Made by a program: the position numbers and the translations under genes
The notes under the pieces: model-generated
Database searches by the model: none
Told to the model about the DNA's origin: nothing
What the model saw: only the letters and a program-made list of their open reading frames with translations
In this document: positions 10,080-18,153 of the stretch, piece by piece
How positions within the stretch are numbered: position 1 is the first letter of the stretch
Layout of the letters: each line of letters begins with the position of its first letter
From: an uncultured Acidimicrobiia bacterium
Lineage (GTDB): Bacteria; Actinomycetota; Acidimicrobiia; Acidimicrobiales; JAHEJN01
Assembly: GCA_964196475.1 (NCBI GenBank)
Contig: CAXMUI010000026.1
Span: forward strand, 1,058 to 65,057
Reading direction: 5' to 3'
Length of the DNA stretch: 64,000 nt

Positions 10080-11459
10080 TCAGCGAGCCAGCAGAGAGAG
10101 GTCGGAAAGGCCCGCTCCCGCGACCAGTGAACGCGCCAGTTCCCTCGATCGAGCAACCACTTCGGCCTGGTCGACGTTTGTGATCTCGCCATCGTCCACC
10201 GAGCGCTCGCCCGCGACCCAGACCTGTTTCACGTCTGTGGGAGATGCGCAGTAGGCAATCTTCTGGAACGGGTCGTGCACGTTAACGAGTGCCGGTGCAT
10301 CGCCGTCGAACACCACGAGATCTGCCTGTTTACCGGTTTCGATCGAGCCGACGATGTGGTCGAGTTCGAGGGCGGCGGCTCCCTCGATAGTCGCCATCCG
10401 CAGCACGTCGCGGGCGCCAAGCGCAGTGGTTTCGAGATGTTCGATGCGTTGGAGAAGAACCGCCGACTTCATCGTCTCGAGATAGTTCTGACTGTCGTTG
10501 CTCGCGGGTCCGTCGACGCCCATACCAACGTCAATACCGAGGCGGCGGAGTTCTGGTACTGGGCACACCCCTGATGCAAGGATCATGTTGGCAACGGGAT
10601 TGTGGGCAACGCCGACTCCGTTGGCCGCCAGTATGTCGCGATCAGCAGCGTCGACCCAGACACAGTGCGCAGCAAGCGTTGGAGCGTTGAATGTGCCGAC
10701 TCGCTCGCAGTGCGCAATGGGGGTCACTCCATGCAAGTTGCGCGTCGCAGTGACTTCGTCGCGTATCTCTTGGAGGTGGATATGCACACCGTGACCCCCG
10801 TTGACCGCCAAGTCTGTGGTGTTCAAGAACATTTCGTCGGTCTGAGAGCCGAGCGCAGCGACCCCGACTCGGAATCGGCACAGTCGACTGGCTCGAGCCG
10901 CTTCGAGGAGCGCCGCGTGTTCGTCCATCACCATTGGGATCGATGCTGGTCCGATGTCGCTTGCACCGAAGGAAACCACCCCGCGCAGACCGATCTCGTC
11001 CAGCGCGTCGACGACGGCCGGCGTGATCGGGCCGTTTACCGGCGCACAGACGAACATGTCGTTCGCTGTGGTGATGCCGCTCCGGAGCATTTGCATGCTC
11101 GACAACAGCGTGCCGACGTAGGCCATTTCGTGGTTCAACACGGGGTTGATCGCCAGAATGACGTTCTGAATCCATTCCCACAGGGTGTACTGCTCGGCGA
11201 TTCCCGCGACCAAGGCCTCAGAAAAATGACCGTGAGTATTCACGAATCCTGGTGTCACGATGTCGTGGGGTCCGCCGGTCACAGTATCGCCGGGGTATCT
11301 AGCCGAAAGTTCGACCCAGGTACCTACGTCGTCGATCATCTCGCCGACAATACGAACCGCTCCGTCGGTGATCACTTCCGGTGTGGCCGAGGTGATGATG
11401 TGGGCACCGCGGACGAGTATGCCGGATTCTTTTGAGCCCTGTCCCTCTGTCACTTGCAT
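10080..11459 (-). CDS. metal-dependent amidohydrolase, TRZ/ATZ / nucleobase-deaminase-like
   Basis: 459 aa. GFVNTHGHFSE (HxH), GHGVHIHLQE and VAHNPVANM segments are typical of the chlorohydrolase / MTA-SAH / guanine deaminase group. Confidence 0.8.
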   Translation of the reverse strand: MQVTEGQGSKESGILVRGAHIITSATPEVITDGAVRIVGEMIDDVGTWVELSARYPGDTVTGGPHDIVTPGFVNTHGHFSEALVAGIAEQYTLWEWIQNVILAINPVLNHEMAYVGTLLSSMQMLRSGITTANDMFVCAPVNGPITPAVVDALDEIGLRGVVSFGASDIGPASIPMVMDEHAALLEAARASRLCRFRVGVAALGSQTDEMFLNTTDLAVNGGHGVHIHLQEIRDEVTATRNLHGVTPIAHCERVGTFNAPTLAAHCVWVDAADRDILAANGVGVAHNPVANMILASGVCPVPELRRLGIDVGMGVDGPASNDSQNYLETMKSAVLLQRIEHLETTALGARDVLRMATIEGAAALELDHIVGSIETGKQADLVVFDGDAPALVNVHDPFQKIAYCASPTDVKQVWVAGERSVDDGEITNVDQAEVVARSRELARSLVAGAGLSDLSLLAR

Positions 11460-11568
11460 AGCCTACCGTGTTGGTGCGTTCTGTTCCTGCATGTCGATAC
11501 GGGTGCCAAGATTTGGGCCCGATCGACCGAGATGATTGCACTTGCGAGTGTCAGCCAGAGCCGATAAG

Positions 11569-11604
11569 GTGACTGTGTCACTCTGCTTGGGACAGGTGAC
11601 AGTG
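11569..11604. promoter_or_regulatory. candidate operator array: GTGAC-TGT-GTCAC palindrome plus a third GTGAC half-site
   Basis: Read in the divergent intergenic region 11460-11646. The sequence is GGTGACTGTGTCACTCTGCTTGGGACAGGTGACAGTG, which contains GT..AC-type half-sites of the kind GntR regulators use. Confidence 0.3.
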
Positions 11605-11646
11605 AAGATATTTAAATCGACCACAGCCCTAATTGGAGAGAACGAC

Positions 11647-13257
11647 ATGACACACGATGAACTTGACCTGGTTGTGATCAACGGGACGGTGGTGTTGGGT
11701 CAAGGGCAGCATCGCCTTGCAGTGGGGGTCAAAGACGGAAAGGTCGTTGCCCTCGCTCCCGAGGAATACCTCCCGAGGGCCAAAGAGACCATCGACGCAA
11801 GGGGCAACTACATCCTCCCCGGCATCGTTGACAGCGAAGCGCATCCTGGCTGCTACGTACCGTTCGAATACGACATGACCACCGAGTCCCGCGCCGCGGC
11901 CTGCGCGGGTGTAACAACCTGGGGCATTCAGGCTCCGACCACTCGACTGGGCAGCGAGCCTTTCAAGGAAGTTGTGTCAAAGAGCGATGTCGTGTCGTTC
12001 AACGAAACCTTCCCGGCCGGGCGTGACATTATTAACCGAGTCAGCCATGTCGACGCCTACCTGACCTACATGCTCGAAACCGACGAACAGGCTCACGAGA
12101 TCCCGCAGTACGCCGAAGAACACGGCGTCACCTCCTACAAGCTCTACCTCCAGACCCGCGGCATGAAGGGCATGGACGAGAAGATTGACACCAACTGGCC
12201 CAGTCGTCGCGCTGGTCTTGGCACCGGCATTGACGACGGCACGGTGTTCTTGGTCATGGAGAACGTCGCTTATTTGGGTGATCCCGGAATGGTGCACATT
12301 CATCCCGAGAACTGGGAAATTGGTCGCATCTTCGAGGATCGTCTCCGCGCCGCTGGCAGAACCGACTTCGGCGCCTGGACCGACCGGAGCCCTGACTTCC
12401 TAGAAGCCCAGCACATTCGTGCCTACTCCTATCTAGCCTCACAGACCCCTGGGCGAGTCCGTCTGTACTTGCAGCACTGCACCACGAAGCTTTCGTTCGA
12501 AGAAGTGGCGAAAGCCCGCGCTGAGGGCCTCGAGGTCTTCGCTCAAACCGGACCGGCATGGCTATGGGCCGAACCCGAAATGGGTTGGCGCATCAACGTG
12601 CCGCTGCGTCGTCGCGACAACATCGAAGCGCTCTGGGTTGCCATCGCTGAAGGAATCGTCGACGTTGTCGGTTCGGACCACGTCGTTGGCTGGGAGCCCT
12701 CATCCTATGAAGAGATGTACAGCCCCAACATCTGGGACTGTCGAACCGGTTTCAGCCGCGTTGAGCTCTTCCTCCCTGTGATGCTCTCTGAGGGTGTCAA
12801 TAAGGGTCGTATCCCGCTCGAACGGGTCGTGCAGGTCTCCTGCGAGAATCCCGCCAAGACCGCTGGATTGTGGGGCAAGAAGGGCTCGCTGCTACCGGGC
12901 TTTGATGCCGACATGGTTATCATTGATCTCGGCCGAGAGGTAACCGTGGGCAAGGAGCACCTCAACACCCGCTCGGGCTGGTCGATCATGGAAGGTCACG
13001 AGTTCACCGGATGGCCAATTAAGACCATCATGCGCGGGAAGGTAACCGCAGAATGGGCTGATGATTCACCGGGCATGCGCCCCGTTGGCGACGCCCGTGG
13101 CGAATACCTTCCCCGTACGCCGGGCACCAAGCGGCTTGGCCCCGAACTCACGAGCCAGACCCGCATCGCCAAGGGCGATCGTTGGTTGCCCGAGGACTGG
13201 ACACGGCCCGGATTCTGCGCAGAGACGCAGAAGTACACCGGCCCTAGGCAGGGCTGA
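11647..13257 (+). CDS. cyclic amidohydrolase, D-hydantoinase/dihydropyrimidinase-like (variant metal motif)
   Basis: Start moved to the ATG at 11647, which has a GGAGAG RBS. The family pattern is LPGIVDSEAHPG, TSYKLYLQ (carbamyl-Lys position), VHIHPEN and VGSDHVV. The first His of the usual HxH is Glu. Confidence 0.75.
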   Translation: MTHDELDLVVINGTVVLGQGQHRLAVGVKDGKVVALAPEEYLPRAKETIDARGNYILPGIVDSEAHPGCYVPFEYDMTTESRAAACAGVTTWGIQAPTTRLGSEPFKEVVSKSDVVSFNETFPAGRDIINRVSHVDAYLTYMLETDEQAHEIPQYAEEHGVTSYKLYLQTRGMKGMDEKIDTNWPSRRAGLGTGIDDGTVFLVMENVAYLGDPGMVHIHPENWEIGRIFEDRLRAAGRTDFGAWTDRSPDFLEAQHIRAYSYLASQTPGRVRLYLQHCTTKLSFEEVAKARAEGLEVFAQTGPAWLWAEPEMGWRINVPLRRRDNIEALWVAIAEGIVDVVGSDHVVGWEPSSYEEMYSPNIWDCRTGFSRVELFLPVMLSEGVNKGRIPLERVVQVSCENPAKTAGLWGKKGSLLPGFDADMVIIDLGREVTVGKEHLNTRSGWSIMEGHEFTGWPIKTIMRGKVTAEWADDSPGMRPVGDARGEYLPRTPGTKRLGPELTSQTRIAKGDRWLPEDWTRPGFCAETQKYTGPRQG

Positions 13258-13258
13258 T

Positions 13259-14014
13259 ATGGAAATGCCATGGGACGACGTCGTCTCAGATGAGGATCGC
13301 GAGATATTCGATATAGCTGGCTGGGGTAAGCGTGCTGGCTTCGGCGAGCGGCCTGCATTGCTGGTGATTGACGTCAACTACAACTTTTGCGGAGACAAGG
13401 AAGAGCCGGCTCTCGACTCGATCAAGAAGTGGCGCTACGCCTGCGGTCCGCAGGCGTGGCACACAGGGATTCCAGCGATTCAGCGAGTGCTGTCCGCTGG
13501 ACGAGCCAAGCGCCTGCCGGTGATTTACACCACCAACCCGCGACGCGACGATGGCTTCGACCTTGGTATCTGGACCCTTAAGAGCCACCGCTCCGACGAT
13601 GTTGTCGATGTCAGTGGCCACAAAGGCAACGACATCGTCGACGAGGTCAGCCCGGCTGAAGGCGACCTCTTCATAGAGAAGTGCAAGCCATCAGCGTTCT
13701 TCGGAACGACCCTTATGAGCCACCTCAACAATCTGCGGGCCGACTCGCTGATCGTGATGGGCACTACAACTAGCGGTTGTGTCCGGGCAACAGCAGTCGA
13801 CGCGCTATCCTTTGACATCAAGGTGACGATTCCGCACGAGACGGCGTTTGATCGTTCGCAGTTGTCGCACAAGGTCGCCTTGATGGATCTGCACATGAAG
13901 TACGTCGATGTCACCGATACAGACGATGTTGTCAATTATCTGGATTCGCTCGACACTGGCATATTTGACGAAGTCTGGCCCCCGGCGGCCAAGGCTGCGA
14001 AGGTCTCCGCATGA
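13259..14014 (+). CDS. isochorismatase-family cysteine hydrolase (RutB / N-carbamoylsarcosine-amidase-like)
   Basis: Start trimmed to the ATG at 13259 (MEMPWDD...). PALLVIDVNYNF supplies the Asp, EKCKPSAFF the Lys and GTTTSGCVRATAVDA the nucleophile Cys. Confidence 0.8.
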   Translation: MEMPWDDVVSDEDREIFDIAGWGKRAGFGERPALLVIDVNYNFCGDKEEPALDSIKKWRYACGPQAWHTGIPAIQRVLSAGRAKRLPVIYTTNPRRDDGFDLGIWTLKSHRSDDVVDVSGHKGNDIVDEVSPAEGDLFIEKCKPSAFFGTTLMSHLNNLRADSLIVMGTTTSGCVRATAVDALSFDIKVTIPHETAFDRSQLSHKVALMDLHMKYVDVTDTDDVVNYLDSLDTGIFDEVWPPAAKAAKVSA

Positions 14015-14586
14015 GCATTGTCATCCGCAGTTGGAGAGTTCAGATAACCGAGCAGCTTGTTGCTGAAGGAATCGAAGCCGAGACCCCATTACGCAAGGTC
14101 GTCGTTGCTGCCGTCATCGAGAACCCGTTTCTCGGGGGATACGTCGAAGATTTGTCCGAGGCGGTCGAATGGTCGGTTGGCTTCGGCTCAGACATCGGGC
14201 AGCGCGCAGTTGAGGCACTCGGCGAACCTGTGCAGGCCTATGGCAAGGGCGGAATCGCGGGCACGTCCGGTACGCAGGAACACGTGGTCGCGTTTGTGAC
14301 AACGCCATTCGGCAACGCTTTTCGCGATGCCGTGGGTGGTGGTGCGGCGTGGATCTCATCTGCGTCGATCTCCGGCTCAGCCGGGACGCCGCTCACGCTT
14401 CCGCTGGCAAACAAAGACGCTCTATTCGTTCGTGACAACTATGACGCTGTCACGCTATATCCCGGTGACGCACCGCGGCCCGACGAGATCGTCGTCGCTG
14501 TCGCAGTAGCTAATCGGGGTCGACTTAACGCCCGGCTCGGGGGCCTTGCGGCCAACGATCTTGTCGGGGAGGATGGGCTTTGGTGA
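14011..14586 (+). CDS. 'amino acid synthesis' family protein (PF06684/DUF1185-like), function unknown
   Basis: 191 aa. The pattern PLRKVVVAAVIENPF...AYGKGGIAGTSGTQEH...PLANKDALFVRDNYDA matches my recollection of the AA_synth family. ATGA overlap with the upstream gene. Confidence 0.65.
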   Translation: MSIVIRSWRVQITEQLVAEGIEAETPLRKVVVAAVIENPFLGGYVEDLSEAVEWSVGFGSDIGQRAVEALGEPVQAYGKGGIAGTSGTQEHVVAFVTTPFGNAFRDAVGGGAAWISSASISGSAGTPLTLPLANKDALFVRDNYDAVTLYPGDAPRPDEIVVAVAVANRGRLNARLGGLAANDLVGEDGLW

Positions 14587-14608
14587 CCACGGCTTTTAGG
14601 GAGACAAG

Positions 14609-15637
14609 ATGACCCAGTTAAACAAAGATGACCGACTGGCCGATTCGGCCTCAAAGATCAAAGCGCCCTTCACGGTTGATCCGACCATGCGGTTCTACTC
14701 TCCGCAGGAAAACGTCGACGCATTTGACCACCCTCGTGTAGCGCCCTACCTCGATTGGATCGCTAATAAATGGGAACCCCCCTCCGGGTCACCGAGGTTG
14801 GCACTCATTATTCCCTGCACCAAGTCAAAGCCGTATTCCACCAGCCGTGAGCACCGGAGCATCAATGGTGCCTTGCTCGATGCTGGTTGGGAGCCCGAAG
14901 GTACGGGCAAGCCGCCGGAGGGTCTCTACGACGCTATCGACGAAGGTGATGATCCTCGACTGCTCGATCTCAGCACAATGACCCGCAATGGTGTATCGCT
15001 CGATCGCATCGTGGTGTCGGAGCCGCTCGGTCTCGTGCCGTACACCGATGTGTACTCCTGGCAGGATGGCCCAAGCCCGGCGTCGGGATATGACGATCCT
15101 GGGTTGTTCGAATCTCGTGGTACTTCGGTGTCACCTTGGCGGGCCGATCACAGCGCTACACAGAACGCATCGGGCAAATGGACCTGGGGCCCTGCGGAAC
15201 GTGAGGCCTACGTCAGTGCCCACAACACTCTCGTCGACGTGATTCATACGACGCTGACCCGTGTGCGTGATCGTTACCTGGGTGTGGCTGCCTGGACATC
15301 GCCGGGCCTCACCCACCGAAGCTTCTTGATGGGCGAAGATCAGCGTCGCGCCGAGGGACTACCGCTTACTAGGCAGGGCACGACGGGTCCCTGCGCTTTG
15401 CGTGGAGTGTCGGATCTCACCCCGGGCCTGGTTGATATCTTGCCGACCACCGATCAGCTCAAGCAGTCGCGTGTCGATCTCGCGAAACGCCTGAAGAGCG
15501 AAGGCAGGACGCACTCTCCCGGGGCAGTCCGTGCCGTGTACGCCCGCGGCGACGGTCACGACACCCCGCTTGGGCTGCCAGAACTGCTTACCAATCTCAT
15601 GGCCTGGATCGACGAGCGGGCCAGCAGCGGCGCATGA
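14609..15637 (+). CDS. conserved hypothetical protein with ArcS/DUF5591 signature motif
   Basis: 342 aa with RBS GGGAGA upstream. Residues 69-82 read PCTKSKPYSTSREH, an exact match to PC-X3-KPY-X2-S-X2-H (nt 14813-14854). Confidence 0.7.
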   Translation: MTQLNKDDRLADSASKIKAPFTVDPTMRFYSPQENVDAFDHPRVAPYLDWIANKWEPPSGSPRLALIIPCTKSKPYSTSREHRSINGALLDAGWEPEGTGKPPEGLYDAIDEGDDPRLLDLSTMTRNGVSLDRIVVSEPLGLVPYTDVYSWQDGPSPASGYDDPGLFESRGTSVSPWRADHSATQNASGKWTWGPAEREAYVSAHNTLVDVIHTTLTRVRDRYLGVAAWTSPGLTHRSFLMGEDQRRAEGLPLTRQGTTGPCALRGVSDLTPGLVDILPTTDQLKQSRVDLAKRLKSEGRTHSPGAVRAVYARGDGHDTPLGLPELLTNLMAWIDERASSGA

Positions 15638-16839
15638 CCGACCATCCACACGGTCCCACAACAGCGATCGTCAATATTGGCACGCTCTTAACTGGAGATG
15701 TCGCAGAACCCCACGGCACCGCCGACTCGATCCTTATCGAAGAGGGCCTCATAACTGAACTGGGCGGCGTCGACGCGGCTCGGGCCGAACGAGTGATCAA
15801 CGTCGGCGGGGCCACGGTCGCGCCCGGCTTGATTGACTCCCACTGCCACGTTGTGCTGGGTGACTACACGCCTCGCCAACGAGCGATCGGGTTCCTCGAG
15901 TCCTACGTGCACGGCGGGATCACCTCATGTATCTCGCCGGGTGAAATTCACCTACCGGGACGACCTCATGATGCCGCAGGGGTCAAAGCCCTGGCGGTCC
16001 TCGCTCAACGGTCTTGGGCCAACTATCGACCCAACGGTATGAAGGTGCACGGTGGAGCAATCATCCTCGAACCGGTTCTGACCCGGTCTGATTTCGACGA
16101 AGTGGTTGCCGAAGGCGTCTGGTTGGCCAAATTCGGCTTCGGACTCTACGACGACCCCGCCGATGGTCTACAGCAAGTACGAGACGCGAAAGCGGCTGGC
16201 ATAAAGGTGATGGCGCACAGCGGTGGCGCTTCAATTCCAGGCTCAAAGCCAATTACCGCCGATCACCTCATGCTGCTGCAGCCTGATGTATGCGGTCACG
16301 TCAACGGTGGCCCCAGCTCGCTCGACGACGAAAAGCTTGATGTCCTTGTTCGCGAGACCGACCTCATACTTCAGCTAGTACAGGCTGGCAACCTCCGGTC
16401 GTCGTTGCGCATTATCGACACGGTGCGCGACATTGGAGCCGAACACCGGGTGATCATCGGGTCCGACACGCCAACCGGAACCGGCGTGATGCCTCTCGGA
16501 ATGATCAAAACCGTCGCCGAGCTTGCGTCGTTGGGTAATGTCGATCCCGGACTCGTTTGGGCTTGGGCATCCGGCGCTATCGCCGACGTATACGACCTGC
16601 CGACTGGCAAGATCGAGATAGGCCGCCAGGCCGACCTCGTTGTGGCCGACGCGCCATGGGGTTCTCACGGCGTGGGAGCGGTCGGCGCCCTTGCTCGCGG
16701 CGATATTCCTGGTATCAGTGCCGTGCTTATCGATGGAGAAGTACGAGCGCTCACTAGCCGCAATACACCAGCATCTGCTACACCCGTGGTGGTCGATCCG
16801 CACATGGATGACCCTTGCGGGTCTGAGCACGTGTGTTGA
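15634..16839 (+). CDS. metal-dependent amidohydrolase (enamidase / EF_0837-like subgroup)
   Basis: 401 aa. APGLIDSHCHVVLGDY (HxH), VMAHSGG and a C-terminal GKIEIGRQADLVV beta-sandwich closure. ATGA overlap with the upstream gene. Confidence 0.75.
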   Translation: MTDHPHGPTTAIVNIGTLLTGDVAEPHGTADSILIEEGLITELGGVDAARAERVINVGGATVAPGLIDSHCHVVLGDYTPRQRAIGFLESYVHGGITSCISPGEIHLPGRPHDAAGVKALAVLAQRSWANYRPNGMKVHGGAIILEPVLTRSDFDEVVAEGVWLAKFGFGLYDDPADGLQQVRDAKAAGIKVMAHSGGASIPGSKPITADHLMLLQPDVCGHVNGGPSSLDDEKLDVLVRETDLILQLVQAGNLRSSLRIIDTVRDIGAEHRVIIGSDTPTGTGVMPLGMIKTVAELASLGNVDPGLVWAWASGAIADVYDLPTGKIEIGRQADLVVADAPWGSHGVGAVGALARGDIPGISAVLIDGEVRALTSRNTPASATPVVVDPHMDDPCGSEHVC

Positions 16840-16865
16840 GATCCAATTCCAACTAAAGGACTGTG

Positions 16866-17471
16866 ATGGAAAACGTTGTCGAGGAAGTGCTCGTGCCAGC
16901 CTCTGAAGGGCGCGGAATCCGAGTCAAAGCGGGGCAGATACTTGACATCGTTGATGTCGAGGGTCATCAGGTTGGCGACCTTGTCGCCTACGTCGAAGCA
17001 GATCCGACCGAGTATCTCTCGCCGACCCATACGGTTTCGTGCAATCAGTCGGTGCAGTTGACTACGGGTTCAGAGGTGTTCACGAACCATCGGAACCCGA
17101 TCTTCACCATCGAACGCGATGATGTCGAAAAGCACGACATCATCGTCCCATGTTGTGACTATGAGCGATTCTTTCGTGATTACGGCCTCACCGACCACAG
17201 GCATTGCCTTGGCAATCTTGAGCAAGCTCGTGACCTGCTGGGTGTCGATTATGAGCTTCACGGAGAGCAGGCGTGGAACGTCTTCATGCACAATCGGGTC
17301 ACCGATGATGGCGCTGTGCTAACCGACCCGGCTGCCCACGAGGCTGGAGCCACGATCTCGCTGCGCGCCCACGTCGATTTGGTTGCGTTGCTCTCCGCGT
17401 GTCCCCAAGATCTGACTCCCTGCAACGACTTTAATTGCACACCAATGTTGTTGCGCGTGCGCGACGCATGA
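16866..17471 (+). CDS. DUF1989 (urea-carboxylase-associated / carboxyguanidine-deiminase-like) family protein
   Basis: VPASEGRGIRVKAGQILDIVDVEGHQVGDLVAY...HDIIVPCCD...HRHCLGNL...LLSACPQD matches the DUF1989 pattern. The ORF track starts at GTG 16863; I prefer the ATG at 16866. Confidence 0.8.
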   Translation: MENVVEEVLVPASEGRGIRVKAGQILDIVDVEGHQVGDLVAYVEADPTEYLSPTHTVSCNQSVQLTTGSEVFTNHRNPIFTIERDDVEKHDIIVPCCDYERFFRDYGLTDHRHCLGNLEQARDLLGVDYELHGEQAWNVFMHNRVTDDGAVLTDPAAHEAGATISLRAHVDLVALLSACPQDLTPCNDFNCTPMLLRVRDA

Positions 17472-18151
17472 CCGCCAGAGACCTTGCTAACGAGGTCGCG
17501 CACACGGCTCGCATGCTGGCCGCCGCTGGCTTGGTCGAGGCGTTTGGACACGTTTCAGCGCGGCGACCGGACGGCGGATTTCTTATCACCCCGACATCGC
17601 CACTCCATGAGGCCACCGCAGCCTCGATCATCACCGTTGATGACGACGGTGTCGTCGTAGACGATCCAAGTTCGGCCGCACCGATCGAGATCCCGCTTCA
17701 CACCGCGGTGTATCAAGCACGCCCCGATGTTGTAGCGATTTGCAGAGGGCATGGTCCATCCATGGTCGCCTGGGGTGTATCGCTCGATGATGTGCCACTG
17801 CTGCACGGCCTTGGGGCCATCGCCGGCGAGACCATCCCGGTGCATAACGACCTCGATTTAATCTCTTCTCCGGAGGCCGGTGATCGTGCAGCCCGAACCC
17901 TCTCCGACAACCATGCGGCCCTTCTGCTCGCAAATGGCGGCTTCGCCGTAGGTGCCAGCCTCCTGGAGGCGGCGACCCGCTTGTGGTTTACCGAAGAGCG
18001 TGCAACGGTTGCGCTCGCGGCCCGCACTGTCGAGCCGCCTGTCGGCGACTGGGGGCATCGGCTGACTCACAGCCGTATCGAACTCATTCGGGCCGAGGCC
18101 TGGTTCTCATCCCGTTTCACGTATTTAGCATCAACTACATCTCAGGAGTAA
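17468..18151 (+). CDS. class II aldolase/adducin-domain protein (aldolase or decarboxylase)
   Basis: Start trimmed to the ATG at 17468 (ATGA overlap). AAAGLVEAFGHVSARRPDGGFLITP and LHTAVYQARPDVVAICRGHG are typical class II aldolase segments. Confidence 0.8.
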   Translation: MTARDLANEVAHTARMLAAAGLVEAFGHVSARRPDGGFLITPTSPLHEATAASIITVDDDGVVVDDPSSAAPIEIPLHTAVYQARPDVVAICRGHGPSMVAWGVSLDDVPLLHGLGAIAGETIPVHNDLDLISSPEAGDRAARTLSDNHAALLLANGGFAVGASLLEAATRLWFTEERATVALAARTVEPPVGDWGHRLTHSRIELIRAEAWFSSRFTYLASTTSQE

Positions 18152-18153
18152 AC

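Noticed and set aside
11536-11646. Long N-terminal extensions offered by the ORF track (also 13061-13258, 17435-17467, 17983-18153, 23516-23644, 28515-28766, 30278-30493, 39363-39434, 44491-44604, 47283-47390, 47309-47416)
   Set aside because: The extensions overlap neighbouring genes or lie in Arg/Pro-rich junk frames. Internal starts restore family-typical N-termini, RBS spacing or ATGA coupling.
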